Below are positions 1-12,544 of a stretch of DNA of 64,000 nucleotides, one piece after another. Source of the DNA: Eledone cirrhosa. Lineage: Eukaryota. Location of the stretch: NCBI GenBank assembly GCA_964016885.1, contig OZ024743.1, positions 50,778,001-50,842,000 on the forward strand, in the 5' to 3' direction. The notes under the pieces are model-generated. The model was not told the origin of the DNA, did not search any database, and saw only the letters and a program-made list of their open reading frames with translations. Positions within the stretch are counted from its first letter, which is position 1. Each line of letters opens with the position of its first letter. Made by a program: the position numbers and the translations under genes.

Positions 1-3000
1 TCTAAGTAGTTACTTAACCAAAGTTCTTTGTTCTAACTCTAAATAGTTACTACTCCAAAATTCTTTGTTCTAACTCTAAATAGTTACTACACCAAAGTTC
101 TTGGTTCTAGCTCTAAATAGTTACTACTCCATAGTTCTTGGTTCTAACTCTAAATAGTTACTACTCCAAAATTCTTTGTTCTAACTCTAAATAGTTACTA
201 CACCAAAGTTCTTGGTTCTAGCTCTAAATAGTTACTACTCCATAGTTCTTGGTTCTAACTCTAAATAGTTACTACTCCAAAGTTCTTGGTTCTAACTCTA
301 AATAGTTATTCACCAAAGTTCTTTGTTCTATCTCTAAATAGTTACTTCACCAAAGTTCTTGGTTCTAACTCTATACAGTTGCTACTCCAAACTTTTGATT
401 CTAACTCTAAATAGTTACTATCCAAAGTTCTTGGTTCCAACTCTAAATAGTTACTTCCCCAAAGTTCTTGATTCTAACTCTAAATAGTTACTTCGCCATA
501 GTTCTTGCTTCTAATGCTAATTAGTTACTTAACCAAAGTGTTTGGTTCTAACTCTAAAGTGTTACTACTCCAAAGTTCTTGGTTCTAACTGTAAATAGTT
601 ACTTCACCATAGTTCTTGGTTCTAACGCTAAATAGTTACTACTCCAAAGTTCTTGGTTCTAACTCTAAATAGTTACTTAACCAAAGTTCTTTGTTCTAAC
701 TCTAAATATTTACTACTCCAAAATACTTGGTTATAACTCTAAATAGTTACTACTCCAAACGGCTTGTTTCTAACCCTAAATACTTATTTCACCAAAGTTC
801 TTGGTTCTAACTCTAAATAGTTACTATTCCAAAATTCTTGGTTCTAACTCTATAGAGTTACTACTCCAAACTTCTTGTGTCTAACTCTAAATAGTTACTA
901 TCCAAAGTTCTTGGTTGTAACTCTAAATAGTTACTTCACCAAAGTTCTTGACTCTTACTCTAAATAGTTATTACACCAAAGTTCTTGGTTCTAACTCTAA
1001 ATAGTTACTTCACCAAAGTTCTTGCTTCTAACTCTAAGTAGTTACTTAAACAAAGTTCTTTGTTCTAACTCTAAATATTTACTACTCCAAAATTCTTGGT
1101 TATAACTCTAAATAGTTACTACTCCAAACGGCTTATTTGTAACCCTAAATACTGATTTCACCAAAGTTCTTGGTTCTAACTCTAAATAGTTACTACTCCA
1201 AAGTTCTTGGTTCTAACTCTATAGAGTTACTACTCCAAACTTCTTGTGTCTAACTCTAAATAGTTACTATCCAAAGTTCTTGGTTGTAACTCTAAATAGT
1301 TACTTCACCAAAGTTCTTGATTCTTACTCTAAATAGTTACTTCACCAAAGTTCTTGTTTCTAACTCTAAATAGTTAATACTCCAAAGTTCTTGGTTCTAA
1401 CTCTAATAGTTACTTCACCATAGTTCTTGGTTCTAACGCTAAGTAGTTACTTAACCAAAGTTCTTGGTTCTAACTCTAAATAGTTACTACTCCAAAGTTC
1501 TTGGTTCTAACTCTAAATAGTTACTACCCCAAAGTTCTTGGTTCTAACTCTATAGAGTTACTACTCCAAACTTCTTGTTTCTAACGCTAAATAGTTACTA
1601 TCCAAAGTTCTTGGTTGTAACTCTAAATAGTTACTTCACCAAAGTTCTTGATTCTTACTCTAAATAGTTATTACACCAAAGTTTTTTTTCTATCTCTAAA
1701 TAGTTACTTCACCAAAGTTCTTGGTTCTAACTCTATGGAGTTACTACTCCAAACTTTTTATTCTAACTCTAAATAGTTACTATCCAAAGTTCTTGGTTCC
1801 AACTCTAAATAGTTACTTCACCAAACTTCTTGATTCTAACTCTAAATAGTTACTTCACCATAGTTCTTGCTTCTAATGCTAATTAGTTACTTAACCAAAG
1901 TGTTTGGTTCTAACTCTAAAGTGTTACTACTCCAAAGTTCTTGGTTCTAACTGTAAATAGTTACTTCACCATAGATCTTGGTTCTAACGCTAAATAGTTA
2001 CTACTCCAAAGTTCTTGGTTCTAACTCTATATAGTTACTTAACCAAAGTTCTTTGTTCTAACTCTAAATATTTACTACTCCAAAATACTTGGTTATAACT
2101 CTAAATTGTTACTACTCCAAACGGCTTGTTTCTAACCCTAAATACTTATTTCACCAAAGTTCTTGGTTCTAACTCTAAATAGTTACTACTCCAAAATTCT
2201 TGGTTCTAACTCTATAGAGTTACTACTCCAAACTTCTTGTGTCTAACTCTAAATAGTTACTATCCAAAGTTCTTGGTTGTAACTCTAAATAGTTACTTCA
2301 CCAAAGTTCTTGATTCTAACTCTAAGTAGTTACTTAACCAAAGTTCTTTGTTCTAACTCTAAATATTTACTACTCCAAAATTCCTTGTTATAACTCTAAA
2401 TAGTTACTACTCCAAACGGCTTGTTTCTAACCCTAAATACTTATTTCACCAAAGTTCTTGGTTCTAACTCTAAATAGTTATTTACCCAAGTTCTTGGTTC
2501 TAACTCAAAATAGTTACTACTCCATAGTTCTTGGTTCTAACTCTAAATAGTTACTTAACCAAAGTTCTTTGTTCTAACTCTAAATATTTACTACTCCAAA
2601 ATTCTTGGTTATAACTCTAAATAGTTACTACTCCAAACGGCTTGTTTCTAACCCTAAATACTTATTTCACCAAAGTTCTTGATTCTAACTCTAAGTAGTT
2701 ACTTAACCAAAGTTCTTTGTTCTAACTCTAAATAGTTACTACTCCAAAATTCTTTGTTCTAACTCTAAATAGTTACTACACCAAAGTTCTTGGTTCTAGC
2801 TCTAAATAGTTACTACTCCATAGTTCTTGGTTCTAACTCTAAATAGTTACTACTCCAAAATTCTTTGTTCTAACTCTAAATAGTTACTACACCAAAGTTC
2901 TTGGTTCTAGCTCTAAATAGTTACTACTCCATAGTTCTTGGTTCTAACTCTAAATAGTTACTACTCCAAAGTTCTTGGTTCTAACTCTAAATAGTTATTC

Positions 3001-5147
3001 ACCAAAGTTCTTTGTTCTATCTCTAAATAGTTACTTCACCAAAGTTCTTGGTTCTAACTCTATACAGTTGCTACTCCAAACTTTTGATTCTAACTCTAAA
3101 TAGTTACTATCCAAAGTTCTTGGTTCCAACTCTAAATAGTTACTTCCCCAAAGTTCTTGATTCTAACTCTAAATAGTTACTTCGCCATAGTTCTTGCTTC
3201 TAATGCTAATTAGTTACTTAACCAAAGTGTTTGGTTCTAACTCTAAAGTGTTACTACTCCAAAGTTCTTGGTTCTAACTGTAAATAGTTACTTCACCATA
3301 GTTCTTGGTTCTAACGCTAAATAGTTACTACTCCAAAGTTCTTGGTTCTAACTCTAAATAGTTACTTAACCAAAGTTCTTTGTTCTAACTCTAAATATTT
3401 ACTACTCCAAAATACTTGGTTATAACTCTAAATAGTTACTACTCCAAACGGCTTGTTTCTAACCCTAAATACTTATTTCACCAAAGTTCTTGGTTCTAAC
3501 TCTAAATAGTTACTATTCCAAAATTCTTGGTTCTAACTCTATAGAGTTACTACTCCAAACTTCTTGTGTCTAACTCTAAATAGTTACTATCCAAAGTTCT
3601 TGGTTGTAACTCTAAATAGTTACTTCACCAAAGTTCTTGATTCTAACTCTAAGTAGTTACTTAACCAAAGTTCTTTGTTCTAACTCTAAATATTTACTAC
3701 TCCAAAATTCTTGGTTTATAACTCTAAATAGTTACTACTCCAAACGGCTTGTTTCTAACCCTAAATATTTATTTCACCAACGTTCTTGGTTCTAACTCTA
3801 AATAGTTATTTACCCAAGTTCTTGGTTCTAACTCTAAATAGTTACTACACCAAAGTTCTTGGTTCTAGCTCTAAATAGTTACTACTCCATAGTTCTTGGT
3901 TCTAACTCTAAATAGTTACTACTCCAAAGTTCTTGGTTCTAACTCTAAATAGTTATTTACCAAAGTTCTTTGTTCTATCTCTAAATAGTTACTTCACCAA
4001 AGTTCTTAGTTCTAACTCTATAGAGTTGCTACTCCAAACTTTTGATTCTAACTCTAAATAGTTACTATCCAAAGTTCTTGGTTCCAACTCTAAATAGTTA
4101 CTTCACCAAACTTCTTGGTTCTAACTCTAATGAGTTACTTCCCCAAAGTTCTTGATTCTAACTCTAAATAGTTACTTCACCATAGTTCTTGCTTCTAATG
4201 CTAAGTAGTTACTTAACCAAAGTGTTTGGTTCTAACTCTAAAGTGTTACTACTCCAAAGTTCTTGGTTCTAACTGTAAATAGTTACTTCACCATAGTTCT
4301 TGGTTCTAACGCTAAATAGTTACTACTCCAAAGTTCTTGGTTCTAACTCTAAATAGTTACTTCACCAAAGTTCTTGACTCTTACTCTAAATAGTTATTAC
4401 ACCAAAGTTCTTGGTTCTAACTCTAAATAGTTACTTCACCAAAGTTCTTGACTCTTACTCTAAATAGTTATTACACCAAAGTTCTTGGTTCTAACTCTAA
4501 ATAGTTACTTCACCAAAGTTCTTGCTTCTAACTTTAAGTAGTTACTTAACCAAAGTTCTTTGTTCTAACTCTAAATATTTACTACTCCAAAATTCTTGGT
4601 TATAACTCTAAATAGTTACTACTCTAAACGGCTTGTTTCTAACCCTAAATACTTATTTCACCAAAGTTCTTGGTTCTAACTCTAAATAGTTATTTACCAA
4701 AGTTCTTGGTTCTAACTCAAAATAGTTACTACTCCATAGTTCTTGGTTTAACTCTAAATAGTTACTACTCCAAAATTCTTTGTTCTAACTCTAAATAGTT
4801 ACTACTCCAAAGTACTTGGTTCTATCTCTAAATAGTTACTACTCCATAGTTCTTTGTTCTAACTCTAAATAGTTACTACTGCAAAGTTCTTGGTTCTAAC
4901 TCTAAATAGTTACTACTCCAAACGTCTTGTTTCTAACCCTAAATAGTTACTTCACCAAATTTATTGGTTCTATCTCTATATAGTTACTACTCCAAAGTTT
5001 TTGGTTCTATCTCTAAATAGTTACTACTCCAAAGTTCTTGGTTCTAACTCTAAATAGTTACTTCACCAAAGTTCTTGGTTCTAACTCTAAATAATTTCTT
5101 CACCAAAGTTCTTGGTTCTCACTCTAAATAGTTACTTCACCAAAGTT
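1..5147. repeat. 37-bp satellite array (consensus TCTAACTCTAAATAGTTACTACTCCAAAGTTCTTGGT), runs off the left edge
   Basis: Continuous tandem copies of a 36-37 bp unit with recurring variant monomers; 1-951 is repeated at 2690-3640. Confidence 0.97.
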
Positions 5148-5396
5148 AATACTGTGTCGTTTTTACATATATGCCAAACATTTATATAATTACATCTTAA
5201 AATTAAATTATTAAAACATCATATTTATCTTTAATCATTTCCACGTGTCAGTAACCAACATAAACTACAGGGTTTCTTTTATGCACACCATTAATGTATC
5301 AAAATACAAATTTCAAGTGTGCATGTCACACCAGTAATCTTGCTATATTCACTGATAGGTAAACCAGGATCTTCGTATATATATATGTATATACAC

Positions 5397-5633
5397 AGGG
5401 GATGTTTAAAAATATCTGACTGATAAAATGACAAGACAGTCAATAATATTGGTGGCCTCCCCACAGCCCCGGCGGACAGAATGGAGAAGGCGTTTCTCCG
5501 GAGGACGTCGGATCTCCTTTGCCGTCCTCCGCAGAAACGCCTTCTCCATTCTGTCCGCCGGGGCTGTGGGGAGGCCACCAATATGATTGACTGTCTTGTC
5601 ATTTTATCAGTCAGATGTTTTTAGACATCCCCT
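5397..5633. repeat. Fold-back of the 3' end of a CRE-like non-LTR element
   Basis: Arms 5397-5507 and 5523-5633 are reverse complements with a 15-nt spacer; the arm matches 26320-26425 (NAFSILSAGAVG plus 3' UTR). Confidence 0.85.
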
Positions 5634-5843
5634 ATATATACTAAGATCCTTATTTTCCCATCAGTAAATATTGCCGTGCGTTGAGAAGCACCACCCCAAT
5701 AATTCTCTTCACTGAATTTTGCGGAACAGTTCTACCCCTAAACTGTCTGGGTACATGATAGTTATCATGGTAGGTTTTTCTCATAACAACTCTAATTCAT
5801 CACTCTTCAGATCATTATTATCTTGCTATATCTTGCTAATCCA

Positions 5844-6036
5844 GGCGGTGGATTGGCAGTATTGGTAGAGTGTCGGATGCCATGCTTTGACGCATAGAGT
5901 TACGGCTCTTTCCATTCTGAGTTCAAATCCCGCCGAGGTCAACTTTGCCTTTCATCCTTACGGGGTCGATAAAATAAAGTACCAGTAATGTACTGGGTAA
6001 TTGCTGGCCTTGTGCCAAAAGTAGAAACAATTATTA
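5844..6036 (+). mobile_element. SINE family A (tRNA-like head, GCCTTTCATCCTTACGGGGTCGATAAAATAAAGTACCAG body)
   Basis: B-box-like GAGTTCAAATCC; at least 7 similar copies in the window; ATTATTATCTTGCTATA duplicated on both sides. Confidence 0.85.
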
Positions 6037-6117
6037 TCTTGCTATATATGACATACTAATTCTGGACTCCAAACATTAAATACGTCAACTAATGTCGTCA
6101 TTATTGATAACACTAGT

Positions 6118-6678
6118 TCGTCAATTTATACTACAGGTACTTAATAACTAAGGCACGTACATATTCACTGTGGGTACGTCAGTAATTTATACTACAGGTA
6201 CTTAATAACTAAGACAGGTACATATTCACTGTGGGTACGTCAGTAATTTATACTACAGGTACTTAATAACTAAGGCAGGTACATATTCACTGTGGGTACG
6301 TCAGTAATTTATACTACAGGTACTTAATAACTAAGGCACGTACATATTCACTGTGGGTACGTCAGTAATTTATACTACAGGTACTTAATAACTAAGACAC
6401 GTACATATTCACTGTGGGTACGTCAGTAATTTATACTACAGGTACTTAATAACTAAGACAGGTACATTTTCACTTTGGGTACATCAGTAATTTGTACTGC
6501 AGGTACTTAATAACTAAGACAGGTACATTTTCACTTTGGGTACATCAGTAATTTATACTACAGGTACTTAATAACTTAGACAGGTACATTTTCACTTCGG
6601 ATACATCAGTAATTTATACTGCAGGAACTTAATAACTAAGACAGGTACATATTCACTTCGGGTACGTCAGTAATTTTC
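6118..6678. repeat. 61-bp minisatellite, about 9 copies
   Basis: CGTCAGTAATTTATACTACAGGTACTTAATAACTAAG... recurs with a period of 61. Confidence 0.95.
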
Positions 6679-6865
6679 ACAATGGCGTTTGTCAATGAGC
6701 AATATTTTTTTATGAATTAGAGTCCCTCTTTCTCTCTGTCGCCTTTCTTTCTTTCTCTCTATCTCTCTCTTGCCTCTCTTTCTCTCTTCCATTCCAAAAT
6801 ACAGATTAAAACAATAGTTAATTGAGGTCATGTGTAACTAATTAGATATATGGGGAGTGGCGACG

Positions 6866-6993
6866 GTAGTGATGGTAGTAGTAGTGGTGGTGGTGGTGGT
6901 GGTGGTGATGGTGGTGGTGGTGGTGATGGTGATGGTGGTGGCGGTGGTGGTGGTGGTGGTGGTGGTGGTGATGATGGTGGTGGCGCTGGTGGT
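6866..6993. repeat. (GGT)n microsatellite
   Basis: Direct reading. Confidence 0.9.
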
Positions 6994-7820
6994 TCTTATG
7001 AGGGTGAGACGTGAGTGGTGATGGCGGGACGGGAGTGGTTTTGTATTTGACCCCTGGGAGGACTACGGCTTTCCCCTAACCAGATCCAATCTATCATTAA
7101 GGTCAGTCACCTACAATACAGACCCCAAACAAGGGCATTACTGCACCTTAAGGATTCACAGTTTTATATACATTTGTATAATTAAGTGAAATATGTAATT
7201 AAAATGATTGCTTTTTCTTTTTTTCTGTTTCCTGAAGTACTTTAGTCGACTTATTCAACTACTATTTATAGTTATCTGCATTATAACGGCTTCCCAAAAG
7301 GAGAAGCAAATATATTTTCAAATTGAAACTTCCCCATTGCTTCGTAAATAACAAATGTTCAATATATAAAAATATGAATATCTTACGATCAATAAATATC
7401 ACTGCGTAACAGCGTTGTGGAAATATCCGGTGTAGAGTATCGTATAATGACCTGTCACATGAGTTGGCATGGAAGAATGTGGACTGTGTAGTAGAAAATG
7501 CAGGCTTAATAATTTTCTTAATGTGGTCAGAGCGAGAAGTGTTAAAAACTTGGTGCGTCACCTTGTCAAACTGTTAGTTGAAATAAGTTTATTTATGAGA
7601 CAAGGGCGCACATTTTAGAACTAGCCTAGCGTGCTAGATTACCAGGCGCCGGTCTTGCCCATAGCCTAAACCAGAGGTTCTCAAAGTAAACGCTCCCGCC
7701 CCCGGGGGGGGGGGGGCGTTGAGAAGATCCAGGGAGGTACTGCGGCCTACGGGGGAGGTAGAGATGATATAATAGTATATTAAATATCCAATGATACATA
7801 TATAAATATAGTAAAATTGA

Positions 7821-7937
7821 AGGCGTGTGGCTGAGTGGATAGAGAATTGGATTCACAATCTTGAGGTTGTGAGTTCGATTCCTGGACCGGGTGATGCGTT
7901 ATGTTCTTGAGCAAGACACTTTATTTCACGTTGCTCC
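7821..7937 (+). mobile_element. SINE family B, 5' part (tRNA-derived)
   Basis: A-box TGGCTGAGTGG, B-box GTTCGATTCC, then TTCTTGAGCAAGACACTT; similar to 8655, 18937 and 63741. Confidence 0.75.
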
Positions 7938-8057
7938 TTCTACCTGGAGTTGCGACCGATAGATAGTGTTAGCAATTGGAAAGACCAACGGAAACATTGT
8001 TTCCTCGGTCCGATTTGATGAAAGTTGATCGATCCTTTATTTTATAGTAAAATTAAA

Positions 8058-8243
8058 ATAATTGTTTCTACTTTTGGCACAAGGCCATCAATTACCCAGT
8101 GCATTACTGGTACTTTATTTTATCGACCCCGTAAGGATGAAAGGCAAAGTCAACCTCGGCGGGATTTGAACTCAGACCGTAAAGGGACGTAACTATGCTG
8201 GAAAGCATAGCGTCCGACTCTCTACCGATACTGCCAATCCACC
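8058..8243 (-). mobile_element. SINE family A
   Basis: Reverse complement of 5844-6036. Confidence 0.85.
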
Positions 8244-8654
8244 ATAGCAAAATAAAAAATAATATATAATATTTATTTATACATAGTATATATTATATTA
8301 TTTATTATATATTATTTACAATTTACGTGTAGGCAGGTCTGTCTGAAAATAGGAGTGGGGTGCAGTGAGGGTATTACATGGCCGTGAGGAGGTGGCGAGT
8401 TTGAGAACCTCTCGTCTAAACTATATTCCCAGTCTAAAACTGAATTATTACAATGTCTGCCGTGATACCGTGTGGTATTTATTCTGGGGCCTAATCCAAC
8501 TGTTTGGCTTAATAACCTGGTTTAACACCTGGTCCTTCAATGTATTTAACAGGGTCCACTCTGTTACAAATATTCAGGCCATATATCCCCCCCACCCCTC
8601 TCTCTCTCACCAATTTGTCTTTGTTGTTATGTTGGTCTTCTTGCTGCCAAGTGA

Positions 8655-8885
8655 AGGCGCATGGCTTAGTGGTTAGAGCATTGGCCTAGCAATCGAAAGG
8701 TTGTGAGTTCAATTCTCGGACCGGGTGATGTCTTGTTTCCTTGAGCAAGACACTAAATTTCACGTTGCTCCAGTTTACTCAGCTGTAGAAATGAGATGAT
8801 AGGGACTGGGGCCCCTATCATTAAATTACCCAAGACACCGCCAACAAGATATACCTTGGGGGAGGCCAGCTAAACCTGCATAGGT
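8655..8885 (+). mobile_element. SINE family B
   Basis: GGCGCATGGCTTAGTGG head, GTTCAATTC, CCTTGAGCAAGACACT body; right end approximate. Confidence 0.75.
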
Positions 8886-8974
8886 GTGAGACGTCACACA
8901 CACACACACATAGGTGTGAGCTGTCACACACACACACATAGGTGTGAGCTGTCACACACACTTCTTGCTGCTAC

Positions 8975-9188
8975 TGTTGTTGTTGTTATGTTGGTCTTCT
9001 TGCTGCTACTGTTGTTGTTACTGTTGTTGTTCTTGCTGTTGCTGTTGTTTTTGTTGTTATTGTTATTCTTGTTGTTGTTGTTGTTACTGTTGTTGTTATT
9101 GTTGTTTTTGTTGTTGTTGTTGTTATTGTTGTTGTTATTGTTGTTTTTGTTGTTGTTTTTGTTGTTGTTGTTGCTATTGTTGTTGTTC
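8975..9188. repeat. (TTG)n microsatellite
   Basis: Direct reading; source of the poly-L/C/T ORFs. Confidence 0.95.
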
Positions 9189-9235
9189 TAAACTCCATGT
9201 ATACTTAGTCATATGGTTATTTATTATCCAGGTCA

Positions 9236-9461
9236 GGGCGGTAGATTGGCAGTATCGGTAGTGGGTCGGACGCCATGCTTTGACGCATAGAGTTACGGTC
9301 CTTGCCATTCTGAGTTCAAATTCCGCCGAGGTTAACTTTGCCTTTCATCCTTATGGGGTCGATAAAATAAAGTACCAGTAATGCACTGGGGTCGATTTAT
9401 TCGACTTTTCCTTCCCCTTAAAAAAAATTGCTGGCCTTGTGCCTAAATTAGAAACAGTTAT
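9236..9461 (+). mobile_element. SINE family A with 15-bp TSD
   Basis: TSD TTATTATCCAGGTCA / TTATTATCTAGGTCA. Confidence 0.88.
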
Positions 9462-9492
9462 TTATTATCTAGGTCAATCCACAAACTCCAGC

Positions 9493-9913
9493 CTACGCCA
9501 CCACCACTAACACACCACCACCACCTCTCTCACATACACACACCTCCTCTCTCACATACACACACACCACCACCACCCCCTCTCTCACACACACCACCAC
9601 CACCCCCTCTCTCACATACACACACCACCACCACCACCCTCTCTCTAACACACACACACCTTCTCTCACATACACACACCGCCACCACCCCCTCTCTCAC
9701 ATACACACACCAGCACCACTAACACACACCACCACCACCCCCTCTCTCACACACACACACCACCACCACCACCCTCTCTCTAACACACACACACCCTCTC
9801 TCACATACACACACCAGCACCACTAACACACACCACCACCACCCCCTCTCTCACACACACCACCACCCCCTCTCTCACATACACACCACCACCACCACCA
9901 CTTCCACCCCCAC
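9493..9913. repeat. CA/CAC/CT compound minisatellite
   Basis: Repeats of CACACACCACCACCACCCCCTCTCTCA. Confidence 0.85.
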
Positions 9914-10300
9914 CATATCTAATCAGTTACACGTGACCTTAATTAACCATTCAACAAACTCAATAAAGTTTTTTTGTTTTTGCTCAATGGAAGTTGACAA
10001 AGGCCGCCATATTTTCACATTACTGATGCTTTTACAATGTGTCTGTGTCTGTGTGTGTGTCTGTGTATGTTTGTATATATGCGTATGTGTGTATATGTGT
10101 GTATGTGTGTATATATGTATTGTGCTGTGTGTGTGTATGTGTGTGTGTGTATGTGTATATATGTATAGTGTTGTGTGTATGTATGTATATGTGAGTATGT
10201 ATATAATCTGCAAACATAACGCTATTAAAGGCTGGTGAGGAATCCTGATATATATATATATATATATAGAAGTGGTTACACAACTGTTAGTTCACCATAC

Positions 10301-10338
10301 CGAGAACAATTGTTTCACCTTAGCGGATCTTCAGCTCG
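10301..10338 (-). ncRNA. Minimal type I hammerhead ribozyme motif in a short (TA)n-flanked element (10268-10350)
   Basis: Minus strand CGAG-CTGAAGA-TCCGCTAAGGT-GAAA-CAATTG-TT-CTCG; stem III is the palindrome ACAATTGT. Confidence 0.7.
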
Positions 10339-10358
10339 TAATGGACATCTTATATATA

Positions 10359-10434
<76 letters not shown>

Positions 10435-10440
<6 letters not shown>

Positions 10441-10958
10441 ATACTTTGGGAGGGTCATGTTGCCAATAAGAAACACACGCACCAGTTGCTTTCACTTCAA
10501 TTTATTATAATAAATTTATAAATTTAGGAATTTATAAATTTCCGGTTGGTTGGTTGGTTGGTTGGTTGGTTGGTTGGTTGGTTGGTTGGTTCTACAACCA
10601 CATGATTGTTCATATATTGTCAAAGTTCTTTCGTCACACACACACAAAAACAAGATGGCGTAGGACAGAACAAAGGAGAGGCACAAAAACAAAGAAAAGA
10701 ATCCCCAGTCACTGAAGAGGTCACAGAATGTGTGACGAAAGAACTTTGACAATATATGAACAATCATCTCGTTGTGGAACCAACCAACCAACCGGAAATT
10801 TATAAATTCCTAAATTTATAAATTTATAATAAATTGAAGTGAAAACAACTGGTGTGTGTGTTTCTTATTGGCAACATGACCCTCCCAAAGTATAACAATA
10901 TCGGTTTCAACACACGTTTTCAGATAAAGAATCTTGCTAAACAAATTCAGAAACGAAA
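10435..10958. mobile_element. Non-coding Penelope-like fold-back element between (TA)n arrays
   Basis: 10435-10640 is the inverse of about 10729-10901; relatives at 36680-36907 and 28625-28800. Confidence 0.7.
10708..10750 (+). ncRNA. Minimal hammerhead ribozyme motif
   Basis: GTCA-CTGAAGAG-GTCACA gaatg TGTGAC-GAAA-GAAC-TT-TGAC; stems I and II pair, stem III is minimal. Confidence 0.6.
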
Positions 10959-11113
10959 TATATATATATATATATATATATATGGAAAGTTATATTTAAA
11001 ATTGTTGGGTTACAACTAGTAAATATTTATAACTGATATAAAAGCACTCGACAAATATTTGGAGTATATTTACAATATTAAATAAATGGAAACTATATTT
11101 ATAAAACCATATT

Positions 11114-11179
11114 TATTTCATTATATATATTTCGGGGATATCATATTAACAATATGCTATGCCTTCCTCAGACAAAATA
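11114..11179 (-). ncRNA. pLTR hammerhead motif (also at 14938-15003 minus and 17026-17091 plus)
   Basis: TATTTTGT-CTGAGGA-stem II with CATATT/AATATG-GAAA-TATATA-TA-ATGAAATA. Confidence 0.7.
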
Positions 11180-12544
11180 CAATATAAACAGTTTTATAGA
11201 TAAATAGATTCGACATACCGTAACAACACCGACTTGCATTTGAAGAGGTTGAACTGGCAGTGAAAAAATTTTACACAGAGAGAAAGAAAGAGAAAAAAGA
11301 AAGAAAGACAGAAAACGAAGAAAAGGAAGAAAAAGAAGAAATGCATGGAACAAAATAGAGAGATGGAAAGATAGATAAAGAGAAGAACTTCATGTAAAGA
11401 AACAGAAAGAGATATATATATAGAGAGAGAGAGGAAATAGAGATAGATACATATTTATATATAGAAAATTAGGTAGTGGGAGGTCAGTTGAGTAAATGTA
11501 TCAATGATACATTTATTTATTTATTTATTTATTTAGCTCTAGTATTAATGTAAGGGAGATATATAGAGAGAGAAAAAAATATAGAGAGAAAAAAAATATA
11601 GAGAGAAAAAAATAGCGAGAGAAAAGATTTAAAAATAGCCAGATATATTCGAGGCGTAAAAACCCTATGTTTTAATGTATTAGTATTTATAAAACTTCCA
11701 CTATATTGTAAATATCAGTATTCCTGAATGAGACAAGTATCCATAGTGTGTGAAAATTAATTATCTTATGTTTAGTTTTTTAAAAAAATTCATATGTTTA
11801 TGTGATAGCTACAAACATCCATGTGAATCCACATGATCAACTCTGCAAACTCTAAGTTCACGGAAAACATTCTCAATGTGGTATAAAAATTTGAGTATAC
11901 ATATATGTGTATTATTATTCCTGTCTTTACTCTACAAGATTATCTATCAAGCAGAAATAGAGAGCAGATTTCAATATACTAATAAAAATATATATCAGAA
12001 ACAAAACTAAAAAAATAACAATAATAATAATAAGTAATAATAAAATAGAAAACAAAAAAAAATATTACGAAAGAATATTACATATTAAAAATATTACATA
12101 TTAAAAAATTTACATATTAAAGATATTAAAAATAAAAATAAAAAAATATTAGAAAATACTACAATAATAAAAAATAAAAATAAACCACAAAGATCAACCC
12201 TTCAAAATTAATTGACAATATATTGCCAAGTTCATTATAAGCATCAGAGTCGAAAAACAGACAAAGCCAAAAATTATCTATCAAATCACATCTAGCAAAG
12301 ATCATTTCAAAAAGTTTATGATGCCCAATTTGGTCTACATGTGTTCCTATATTTAATATAGAAGTTTATCTAGTGTAAGGTTTATTCAAAATATTTGGAG
12401 CATCAGCTTTTAGGGTAGCTTAATTTTTCATGAGGAATGTTTAAATAAAAATAAAATAAAAATAAACAATAAAAAAGAATAAAAAGAAGGAATCAAAGAT
12501 TTATCGGCTAGTTTCCCATATAAATATAAATCAAACTAAATATA

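Larger units (their letters stand above)
7672..8413. mobile_element. hAT (Charlie-like) MITE containing two nested SINEs
   Basis: TIRs CAGAGGTTCTCAAA / TTTGAGAACCTCTC; 8-bp TSD GCCTAAAC / GTCTAAAC. Confidence 0.8.

Noticed and set aside
1-6678. 37-bp and 61-bp arrays as CRISPR
   Set aside because: No unique spacers, no cas genes, eukaryotic context
7821-7890. tRNA gene
   Set aside because: No full cloverleaf; continues into a repeated SINE body
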